Of a stretch of DNA of 64,000 nt, positions 19,629 through 28,224 are shown one piece after another; the first letter of the stretch is position 1, and the number at the start of each line of letters is the position of its first letter. The DNA comes from a bacterium (GTDB taxonomy: Bacteria > SM23-31), in assembly GCA_965249485.1 (NCBI GenBank), contig OZ252239.1, forward strand, positions 2,560,001 to 2,624,000. The letters run 5' to 3'. A model generated the notes under the pieces. The model saw nothing but the letters and a program-made list of their open reading frames with translations, did no database searches and was not told where the DNA came from. The position numbers and the translations under genes were made by a program.

Positions 19629-20672
19629 ATGAGATACGAATATGAAAATGACATTGACGTAGATACAATCAATGTTGTACAATTCGGACTTGGGCCTATC
19701 GGTATAAATGCGGTAAAAGAGGCTATGAAAAAGGATATTGTCACTATAGTGGGTGCTGTTGATATTGACCCTGACTTAATAGGAAAAGATTTGGTCGAGG
19801 TACTTGAAATATCGCAAAATCTCGATATATGAGTAGTGAAAAGCATTAAAGAGGTATTTGAGCAGTCACGTGTTGATATCGTATTACATACGACAACATC
19901 CTTTGTGGAATCGACATTTTATGAATTTAAAGAAATCATGGAAGGCGGTGCCAATGTTGTTTCGACTACAGAAGAGCTGTTCCTCCCCGATCTGAAGAAT
20001 TCTCAATTGGCACGTGAACTTGATGCTATCGCCAAAGTGAACAATGTTACTTGTCTGGGAACGGGAATCAATCCGGGATTCGTAATGGATACGCTTGCTG
20101 TTTGTCTTACAGGTGTGTGCAATGAGGTTGAACACATTTATGCAGAACGAGTAGTCAATGCAGCGACTCGCCGTGGCTCTCTTCAGAAAAAAGTCGGTGC
20201 CGGTCTTACCGTTGAACAGTTCCGTAATCTTGCTGATCTGGGAAAATTGGGTCATCGAGGCATGAAAGAATCGATCGCCTTTATCGCTCGTGGTCTTGGC
20301 TGGCAGCTTGATACTATTGAAGAGACACTAGATCCAATGGTCTCGGAAAAGGACATAATAACTAATATTGTCGAGATTAAGAGTGGACATGCTGCAGGTA
20401 TAAAAAATATTGGTGTAGGATACAATAGTGGCAAAGAACTAATAAAACTTGATCTCCGTATGTATGTCGGAGCTGATAATCCTCATGATTTTATCAAAAT
20501 TACCGGAAACCCACCGATCGAATTGATTGTTACAAATGGATTTGCCGGAGATATTGCAACGGTAGCCAGCCTCGTGAACAGTATTCCGCGTGTGATGAAA
20601 GCTCCACCGGGATTATTTACTATGATGGATCTTCCCCTGCCAAGGATATTTCAGGGCAAAGCAAATTATTGA
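19629..20672 (+). CDS. NAD(P)-dependent amine dehydrogenase / 2,4-diaminopentanoate dehydrogenase-like protein with an in-frame TGA at 19830-19832
   Basis: Rossmann GLGPIG in ORF 19629-19832; the same frame continues to GTGINPGFVMD and GDIAT. Confidence 0.8.
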
Positions 20673-20721
20673 TTCTAGTAGCAAGGAAAGATGGGTAACT
20701 TCGAAGGTGATAATAAAGCAC

Positions 20722-22077
20722 TTAATTGTATTGTACCGTATAGTTGATAGTTGCGGAAGATTCAGGTTCCACAGTCACATGAAATTCGGCTGTCTGTGCG
20801 TCAAGTACAGTAAAGGTGATTGAACTATTAAGAATTCTCCATTCCCCATAATTAAACGATTCACGGACAATAATTTCTCTCACCTCACCGTTACCGTTCG
20901 TCAATTCAATTTCATATGTCTCTTCCCTACCCCGGTCGCCTATTCTTCTGAAATTCTTTTGAATACGTTTGCCGGTCAAGTCAAATGCTGTACCAGTTTG
21001 TATTGTTATACGTCCGTTAAGGGGAGTGTTCAAAATTTTATCCTCACCAATCAATATCTTCCCATTTTCTCCTTTTTGATACAAACGGACAAAACCACCA
21101 GGAACAGCTTCACCAAATCCATTAGTTTTATCATTCGTGAATTCGAGGACATTGATTACTTTCTCACCATACTGTGCAGTTGCAAATATAAATTTTTCGT
21201 CTATACGCGCTGTTTTTTCCGGGAATAAACGTATTTCCTGATTGCTATTATTTACGAATTGCAATGGTGATTTTAACGTATAGGTATGAAAAATATTGGT
21301 GTCATTGTCTTGAAAATCAGACTGTGGAATATCAGACATAGCTAACATTGATCTGGTTTCTGGATATAAAGGAACGCCTGCTGGTGCTCTGTGCACTTCA
21401 CCTGCAATAAGAACAACAGATTGTGCACTGAATTGTTTGTCAGAATTATTTTTGACATAGGCCCATGAGGAAATGCTTAATTCTTGTCTGTCCGAATCAT
21501 AGATACCTATATATTTCCCACTCCATGAAATAGTATTAAGTAAATAATGAAGTTTCACATCTGTTTCACCGTTTCTGCGGCTTTCGGCAGAAAAGGTTAT
21601 ATGTGGTAGCAAGGAACCCTCCTGCGTACTATCCTCAATAGAGAATGATTCAATTCTGCTACGATTGATTGAGGTAAATTTGTCTTCTATCCGAATGATA
21701 ATATCATTTTGGCTAATACCGTAATACACACCGTCGATTTTTTGACCGTTTACTAATATAATACTTATTCTCTTTCCAAGACTCGCATCAAGCAATTGTA
21801 AAAAATTGAATGTATTATTACGGTACTCTTGTCCGACAATTTCAATGTCATTGTCAGGTATCTCAAGATATATACTTTCAATCTGAATATCATTTGGCAG
21901 GTTATCAAGTATGTATGAGTGAGTTCCCTGATAAATGTCTACACGCCTTGTCTCTTGAACAGAAGCAAAATTATTATAAATAATAAAATTATCTACATTC
22001 TGCTGATAAGCAAATGTAAGTTGTGCAGTGGCAAGCATTGAAGATATGCAAAAAATAACTTTATAAAATGATTTCAT
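20722..22077 (-). CDS. DUF4139-like secreted protein
   Basis: Signal peptide; IIYNNFASVQETR, ISWSGKY, PGGFVRLY and GTAFDL. Confidence 0.8.
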   Translation of the reverse strand: MKSFYKVIFCISSMLATAQLTFAYQQNVDNFIIYNNFASVQETRRVDIYQGTHSYILDNLPNDIQIESIYLEIPDNDIEIVGQEYRNNTFNFLQLLDASLGKRISIILVNGQKIDGVYYGISQNDIIIRIEDKFTSINRSRIESFSIEDSTQEGSLLPHITFSAESRRNGETDVKLHYLLNTISWSGKYIGIYDSDRQELSISSWAYVKNNSDKQFSAQSVVLIAGEVHRAPAGVPLYPETRSMLAMSDIPQSDFQDNDTNIFHTYTLKSPLQFVNNSNQEIRLFPEKTARIDEKFIFATAQYGEKVINVLEFTNDKTNGFGEAVPGGFVRLYQKGENGKILIGEDKILNTPLNGRITIQTGTAFDLTGKRIQKNFRRIGDRGREETYEIELTNGNGEVREIIVRESFNYGEWRILNSSITFTVLDAQTAEFHVTVEPESSATINYTVQYN

Positions 22078-24734
22078 TATAGCTCCAATGCATTTAAATT
22101 ATCCTGAAGCTTTTTTTTGTTAGTAGAAAATGTGTCCAATTTTATCCGTTCCCGCTCTATAATATTTTCGGGAGCTCTTTCTAAAAAGTTTTTATCTGAT
22201 AATTTTCTGCTGAGCGAATTAATCTGGCTGTCAAGACGTTCTACTTCTTTATACAGTCTATTATGCTCGCTCTCGATATCAATGAGATTTTCAAGTGGGA
22301 TATGTATCTCCAGTTCAGGTAATACTGCGGTTGCAGATTTAGCGGGTTTTACGGTATCAGTTCCCATTGATATATCTGATATACTGCCTAACCGGTAAAG
22401 ATATTCACTGTTATTTTGAATAGTTTTGAGCAGATTGGTGTCGCTGCATCGGATCAGCAGCTCAGCTTTTTTCGTTGGCGGAATGCGCATCTCACCCCGA
22501 ATATTTCGGATAGCGTACAGAATATCCTGAACAAATTTCATCTCAGCTTCACTTTTGGGATCAATCTTTGTGGTATCATAACTACCAACATCTGTTACCA
22601 TTATGGACGATGAATTTTCACCGTTTGCCATATTGTGCCAAATTTCCTCAGTAATAAAGGGCATAAATGGGTGGAGAAGCTCCATCGTCTTACGAAGTGT
22701 CGGCAGTGCTACATGTTTTAATGAGTATGCTGCACCCGGAGATTGTGAAATAAGCCTGTCTTTCAAAAATTCGATATACCAATCACAGAATTCATGCCAT
22801 AAGAATGAGTAAATAGCGTTGAGAGCTTCATTGAGCTTATAATTTGCAAACTTCTCATCAACTTCTTTCCATACGGAATGTAAACGGCTGATGATCCACT
22901 TGTCAGCAAGGCTACTCGGTGTTTCCTTTCCATTATCAGACAACACCGTTTCGTTCAATTCACTTTCTTTGATCTTCAAAAATCGGAACGCATTCCAGAT
23001 TTTATTCGCAAAGTTTCTCCCCATCTCGAATTTCTGAGAAGAAAGCTTTATGTCCTGCCCTTCAGTAGAGAGAGCAACAAGTGAATACCTTACTGCATCT
23101 GCCCCATACTTATCAATCATCTCAATCGGATCAATCCCGTTGCCGAGCGATTTTGACATGATTCTACCAATCTCATCTTTTATCATTCCGGTTATATATA
23201 CATTCCGAAAAGGCTCTTTTCCAATAAACCAAAGGCCGGCCATAATCATTCTGGCAATCCAAAAAAATAAAATATCGTATCCAGATACCAATACTGAAGT
23301 GGGATAGAAATATTTCATATCGTTTGATTCATCTGGCCAGTTTAATGTAGAAAATGGCCAGAGCCAGGATGAAAACCAGGTATCAAGCACATCTTCATCC
23401 TGATGTATGGAGTGTGAACCGCAGTGCTCACAAATATCAGGATCTTCTTTAGGAACTGTAATTTTGCTGCAGGAATCACAGTACCAGACCGGAATTCTGT
23501 GCCCCCACCACAATTGCCGGGATATACACCAGTCACGAATATTGTCCATCCAATAGAAGAAATCCTTCTCCCATTTGGGCGGATAGAATGAAATATCTCC
23601 GTTTTTCACAGAATCGATCGCTTTTTCTGCAAGTGGTTTCATTTTAAGAAACCACTGTTCGGACAATAATGGTTCGATTGTTGTCAGACATCGGTAACAT
23701 TGTCCGACATTGTGATTATGTGTCTCGGTTTTAATGAGAAGACCGATATTTTCAAGATCGGAAATCAGTTTTTTACGGCAATCATATCGTGACATACCCT
23801 CAAAATCTTTACCGGCATCAGCGGTCATATTTCCTGTTTCACCAATCACGACAATTTTCTGGAGATTATGCCGCTGGCCAATGTCGAAATCGTTTGGATC
23901 GTGAGCAGGTGTTACTTTCACTGCTCCCGAACCGAATTCGGAATCAACAAATTCATCAGATATAATAGGAATTTCACGGTTAACAAAGGGAAGTGTTACC
24001 GTATTGCCGACGATGTCTTTATAACGTTCATCTTCGGGATGAACAGCAACAGCCGTATCTCCCAGCATTGTTTCTGGCCGAGTTGTGGCTATTGAAATAT
24101 GTCCACTTTTATCCGTGAGTGGATAATTAATATACCAGAGGTTGCCCTCAACTTCTTCGTGCTTTACCTCTTCATCAGACAAAGCTGTTTTATGGAAGGG
24201 ACACCAGTTAACAATATAATTACCACGATAAATGAGACCTTGCTCATACAACAGGACAAAAACAGTTCTGACAGCCCGCGACGTCCCCTCATCCATCGTA
24301 AAACGTTCACGCTCCCAATCTAATGAACTACCGAGTTTTTCCTGCTGTTTCTGTATAATGTTGCCATGTTTTTCTTTCCACTTCCATACTTCGTCAATGA
24401 AAGCGTTACGGCCTAGTTGTTCAAGGTCGACTCCTTCTTCACGGAGTTTCTTTCCAACAACATTTTCTGTGCCAATTCCTGCATGGTCGGTGCCGGGTAT
24501 CCAAAGAGCAGGCCTCCTTTTAAGACGGTGATACCTGATTAGGGTATCCTGTATGGTGTTTTGGAGAGCATGTCCCATATGGAGTACACCAGTAACGTTC
24601 GGCGGCGGAAGTACAATAGTAAAAGGTTGTTTATTTGAATCGATTTCAGCATGAAAGTAGTTTTGTTTTAACCAAAAATCGTACCATTTGGTTTCGATAT
24701 CTTTGGGATCGTAATGTTTTGCTATTATCGTCAT
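22077..24734 (-). CDS. valS: Valine--tRNA ligase
   Basis: PPPNVTGVLHMGH, DWCISRQLWWGH, IMSKS and a C-terminal coiled coil. Confidence 0.98.
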   Translation of the reverse strand: MTIIAKHYDPKDIETKWYDFWLKQNYFHAEIDSNKQPFTIVLPPPNVTGVLHMGHALQNTIQDTLIRYHRLKRRPALWIPGTDHAGIGTENVVGKKLREEGVDLEQLGRNAFIDEVWKWKEKHGNIIQKQQEKLGSSLDWERERFTMDEGTSRAVRTVFVLLYEQGLIYRGNYIVNWCPFHKTALSDEEVKHEEVEGNLWYINYPLTDKSGHISIATTRPETMLGDTAVAVHPEDERYKDIVGNTVTLPFVNREIPIISDEFVDSEFGSGAVKVTPAHDPNDFDIGQRHNLQKIVVIGETGNMTADAGKDFEGMSRYDCRKKLISDLENIGLLIKTETHNHNVGQCYRCLTTIEPLLSEQWFLKMKPLAEKAIDSVKNGDISFYPPKWEKDFFYWMDNIRDWCISRQLWWGHRIPVWYCDSCSKITVPKEDPDICEHCGSHSIHQDEDVLDTWFSSWLWPFSTLNWPDESNDMKYFYPTSVLVSGYDILFFWIARMIMAGLWFIGKEPFRNVYITGMIKDEIGRIMSKSLGNGIDPIEMIDKYGADAVRYSLVALSTEGQDIKLSSQKFEMGRNFANKIWNAFRFLKIKESELNETVLSDNGKETPSSLADKWIISRLHSVWKEVDEKFANYKLNEALNAIYSFLWHEFCDWYIEFLKDRLISQSPGAAYSLKHVALPTLRKTMELLHPFMPFITEEIWHNMANGENSSSIMVTDVGSYDTTKIDPKSEAEMKFVQDILYAIRNIRGEMRIPPTKKAELLIRCSDTNLLKTIQNNSEYLYRLGSISDISMGTDTVKPAKSATAVLPELEIHIPLENLIDIESEHNRLYKEVERLDSQINSLSRKLSDKNFLERAPENIIERERIKLDTFSTNKKKLQDNLNALEL

Positions 24735-24813
24735 CGTTTTCTTATAATATTTAAATTAGAACAAGTTAAAATTTAAGAGTAATTCATGAAAAAATCAATT
24801 AAAATCAAAAATT

Positions 24814-24838
24814 AAAAATGCAGCCTAAGAGCTGCATT
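24814..24838 (-). terminator. Probable terminator of the Crp-like gene
   Basis: AATGCAGC/GCTGCATT stem with a T-run on the minus strand. Confidence 0.6.
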
Positions 24839-24881
24839 GAATTTTCAAAATATTATTACTACGATTAATAGAAAGTAATTA

Positions 24882-25652
24882 TTAAATACTTATCATACCA
24901 AGCTCGTCATGTCTATCCTTGTGCAAGGTTTCGAATAATTTGAGAAATTTCTCTGTCTGTTCGGAAGTTATATCAGGGATTTGCTCTTTTACAACTTCTA
25001 AATCACCAGAATCAGTATACACATTATAAAATAGTAGAAACTGGTCGAGTTCTAAATTATTTTTGACTATTACTTTGTCAGTTTCAGATTCAAATTCAAT
25101 AAGTTGCACCCCAATATAATTCTGTAAATATTTTTCAAGTGTGCTGTGTGCCACTCCTAATATTACATGTATCCTGTTGATAAGAAATTCCTTGTTCACT
25201 GCTACAGAATTTTCAGTGTAAGTGCCGTATTGGACACTGATAAGATGCAGTAATTGGAGAACACTGAAATTGAGACCGTATTTAAACTGTGATATAACTT
25301 TAGCATTCATTTCACGCAGGCGGTCCACCATAACCTCAAACATATTTCCAAACCATTCGGGTAACTGTTTGATCTGTGTTTTAAAACTTCCTTCGCTGAT
25401 CACAATGGCCTTTAAATCAGTTGCTGCGCGAACAGTAGCTGTTCGTGCAGCTTCTCTAAACAGAGCAATCTCCCCAAAAAAATCACCGGGATGAAGCTGG
25501 GCAAGTATCACTTCGTCTTCAAGAATATTCTTAACTACTTCCGCATGCCCTGAGGTAATTATGTAAAGATCTTTATCTCTATCGCCTTCGTAAAATATCA
25601 CATCTCCTTTTTGAAAGCTCTTGACATCGCTCGGCATATAATCATCAGACAT
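24882..25652 (-). CDS. Cyclic-nucleotide-binding protein, Crp/Fnr family
   Basis: GDFFGEIAL...RTATVRA cNMP pocket; degenerate wHTH-like C-terminus. Confidence 0.85.
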   Translation of the reverse strand: MSDDYMPSDVKSFQKGDVIFYEGDRDKDLYIITSGHAEVVKNILEDEVILAQLHPGDFFGEIALFREAARTATVRAATDLKAIVISEGSFKTQIKQLPEWFGNMFEVMVDRLREMNAKVISQFKYGLNFSVLQLLHLISVQYGTYTENSVAVNKEFLINRIHVILGVAHSTLEKYLQNYIGVQLIEFESETDKVIVKNNLELDQFLLFYNVYTDSGDLEVVKEQIPDITSEQTEKFLKLFETLHKDRHDELGMISI

Positions 25653-25826
25653 AACTTCATCTCCCCATTTATAAAATCAAAAATATGGTTAATGTGACAG
25701 ATGATGGTAAGACTAAAACAGAAAGGGTAATTGGATATGAAAATTTGGTTACAATCTGATTTCTTAGGCAAATATATATAAATATATATGATAATCCAAA
25801 ACAAATAGCAGCATTCAGAATCTACA

Positions 25827-26303
25827 CTAATCTTTACGAGCGCCCCAACTGAGGACTTCTATTTTCACTTCCGCGAGACCGTCAATTAGGAAATCAAGTT
25901 CTTCAGCTGCTTTTTTTGATAAATCAAGTATTCTTCCTTCTATAAAGGGACCCCGGTCGTTTACACGTAGGATGACCTTCCGGTTGTTTTTGAAATTTGT
26001 GACTCGTATCCAACTTCCAAGCGGAAACTCTTTATGAGCAGCAGAGAGTTTATTCATATCATAAACTTCTCCGTTTGCTGTTTTTCGGCCATGAAATTTC
26101 TGACCGTACCATGATGATGTGCCTGATACCGTAAAAAGGCTTGGAGCATTTGACAAACTTTTTGCAATATTTCTATCATCACCAGATGAGGGTATAATGA
26201 CTGCAGAACCTGACCGGTATCGAGGTGATATCGCACATTGAATCATGAGTAATGAAAGCGAGAAAACAAAAATGACCCGTAAAAGGAGTAAAGGAATGAG
26301 CAT
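25827..26303 (-). CDS. rlpA: RlpA-family lytic transglycosylase lipoprotein
   Basis: SWYGQKFHGRKTANGE and VNDRGPF..GRILDLS; lipobox-like Cys. Confidence 0.93.
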   Translation of the reverse strand: MLIPLLLLRVIFVFSLSLLMIQCAISPRYRSGSAVIIPSSGDDRNIAKSLSNAPSLFTVSGTSSWYGQKFHGRKTANGEVYDMNKLSAAHKEFPLGSWIRVTNFKNNRKVILRVNDRGPFIEGRILDLSKKAAEELDFLIDGLAEVKIEVLSWGARKD

Positions 26304-26313
26304 AAAGGTTCTA

Positions 26314-27228
26314 CTATGTTAACAAAGAGCCGGTTATATTAGATATTTTGGTAATCCCATTTTCACTTGCATACTTTTTGAGATCAGTAAGAATCTCAAG
26401 AGGAGCTTGGGGATTAACATAATTGATTGTACCCAATTGTACTGCTGCTGCACCGCACATCAAAAACTCAAGAACATCATTTGCTGTGCTTATCCCTCCA
26501 ATTCCTATTATTGGAATAGTTAACTTCTTACTCGTCTGATAAATCATAGCCAATGCTACGGGCTTGATTGCAGGACCGGATAGTCCCCCGGTCACGTTGG
26601 CTAGATCAGACCGTTTTTTTTTGATATTAACGCTCATGCCGACCAGTGTATTAATCATCGAAACGGCATCAGCCCCTGCATCCTCGACTGCCTGTGCTAT
26701 TACTGTGATATCTGTAACATTAGGTGTCAATTTGGGAATTACTAACCGTTTTGTCCGCTTTTTAATCTCAGTAACGATTGCGGCTGCACGGTTAGGATCG
26801 ACACTAAAATCTAGTCCTCCCGCAACATTCGGACACGACAAATTAACCTCATATCCATCAATGCCTTCACATTTTTCTAATCTTTCCGCAAGATAAATAA
26901 AATCACTATCCGACTCCCCGGCTATATTGACTATGATACGGGACGATATTTCCTGCAAAAATGGCAATTTTTCATTGATGAACCGGTCAATACCAACATT
27001 CGCGAGCCCGATCGCATTAAGCATTCCTGCAGAAGTTTCCGCTATGCGAGGCGGTTTGTTTCCCGGTCTTTCCAGCCGTGTTATGGTTTTTGTAACTATT
27101 CCGCCCAATATTCCAACATCATACAATCCCGCAACTTCAGAACCGTATCCAAATGTACCAGATGCTGTTAATAAAGGGTTTTTGAAAGCAACTTGGCCTA
27201 TTTTTATGGAATATTCAGTCATTTTCAA
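26314..27228 (-). CDS. pyrD: Dihydroorotate dehydrogenase, family 1B catalytic subunit
   Basis: ASGTFG, NLSCPN, KLTPN and GGLSGPAIKP. Confidence 0.96.
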   Translation of the reverse strand: MKMTEYSIKIGQVAFKNPLLTASGTFGYGSEVAGLYDVGILGGIVTKTITRLERPGNKPPRIAETSAGMLNAIGLANVGIDRFINEKLPFLQEISSRIIVNIAGESDSDFIYLAERLEKCEGIDGYEVNLSCPNVAGGLDFSVDPNRAAAIVTEIKKRTKRLVIPKLTPNVTDITVIAQAVEDAGADAVSMINTLVGMSVNIKKKRSDLANVTGGLSGPAIKPVALAMIYQTSKKLTIPIIGIGGISTANDVLEFLMCGAAAVQLGTINYVNPQAPLEILTDLKKYASENGITKISNITGSLLT

Positions 27229-28048
27229 TTATTACTTCATTTTCGGAAAACACAGGGCCGTCCACGCATACAAGATGATATCCGCACTGTTTTCCGTCAT
27301 TTCCAGTCTTTGGCATGACACAGCCCTGGCATATTCCAATACCACATGCCATTATTGTTTCTACAGATAGTCGAGCAGGAATGTTGTATTCAAGTGACAA
27401 GCGCTGAACGGCTGCAAGCATCGGTATTGGACCACATGCAATTATACAGGTATCTTGTTTATCCGTTACTAGGCTTAAGTGATTTTTAAATGGTTCAGTC
27501 ACGAGGCCTTTAATGCCGTAACTACCATCATCGGTTGTCGTCGAGAGATCAATATTCAGATTGGATAATTCATCATTAAGGAGTACTTGACTTTTGTCTG
27601 CACAACCCGAAAACAAATGAATGTTTTTCTGTGCTAGATTAAGTGTGTTGATTAAATAAAATAGTGGCGGAAGACCAACTCCACCAGCAACCAAAATGAG
27701 ATTTTTGTACTTATTTATTTGAAATGTGTTACCCAACGGACCAAAAAGTCCGACACTATCTCCTACCTTCTTTTGCGAAAGTATGTCAGTTGCTTCACCG
27801 AATAGTTTAAACAGAACAGAAACTGAGCCTTTGGATTTGTCTGCCGACAGGATACTCATTGGCCGGGGCAAAAAGGGTGTGAATGCGTCGGCAATCCTGA
27901 TCTGAACAAATTGTCCAGGTTGAGCTATCCGACCCATGTCGGATGATTCATATTCATGAATAAATGCATTAGAAGCGATTTTTTGAATAGAACGTATTAT
28001 ACACGTTTGCTGAAAAAGAGTTTTGTTTGTTGTAGTTTTAATCATCAT
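27215..28048 (-). CDS. pyrK: Dihydroorotate dehydrogenase electron transfer subunit
   Basis: PGQF, RPMS, AGGVG and MACGIGICQGC...VCVDGPVF. Confidence 0.95.
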   Translation of the reverse strand: MMIKTTTNKTLFQQTCIIRSIQKIASNAFIHEYESSDMGRIAQPGQFVQIRIADAFTPFLPRPMSILSADKSKGSVSVLFKLFGEATDILSQKKVGDSVGLFGPLGNTFQINKYKNLILVAGGVGLPPLFYLINTLNLAQKNIHLFSGCADKSQVLLNDELSNLNIDLSTTTDDGSYGIKGLVTEPFKNHLSLVTDKQDTCIIACGPIPMLAAVQRLSLEYNIPARLSVETIMACGIGICQGCVMPKTGNDGKQCGYHLVCVDGPVFSENEVIIEND

Positions 28049-28067
28049 TCCTAATTCAATTACATAC

Positions 28068-28188
28068 AAAAAAGCCGAGATGAATGAATCTCGGACTTCA
28101 AAGGGATCGTAATAGCATTTATGCTCAAGAATCGGTTAAATCGTGTTTTGGTTTTACATAATATATTAATTGATGTCCTGATATTCAA
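28068..28188 (-). promoter_or_regulatory. pyrK-pyrD promoter and leader with an intrinsic terminator (candidate attenuator)
   Basis: TTGAAT-N17-TATATT at 28188-28160; mini-ORF MLLRSL at 28118-28098; CCGAGAT/ATCTCGG hairpin with T6. Confidence 0.65.
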
Positions 28189-28224
28189 GTTTTTTCTGCT
28201 CCGATCTAATCTGAAAAATTGAAT

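Noticed and set aside
19830..19832. Genome-wide TGA recoding (code 4 or 25)
   Set aside because: yajC, def, fmt and other genes end in TGA at the expected lengths, and Trp and Gly use standard codons.
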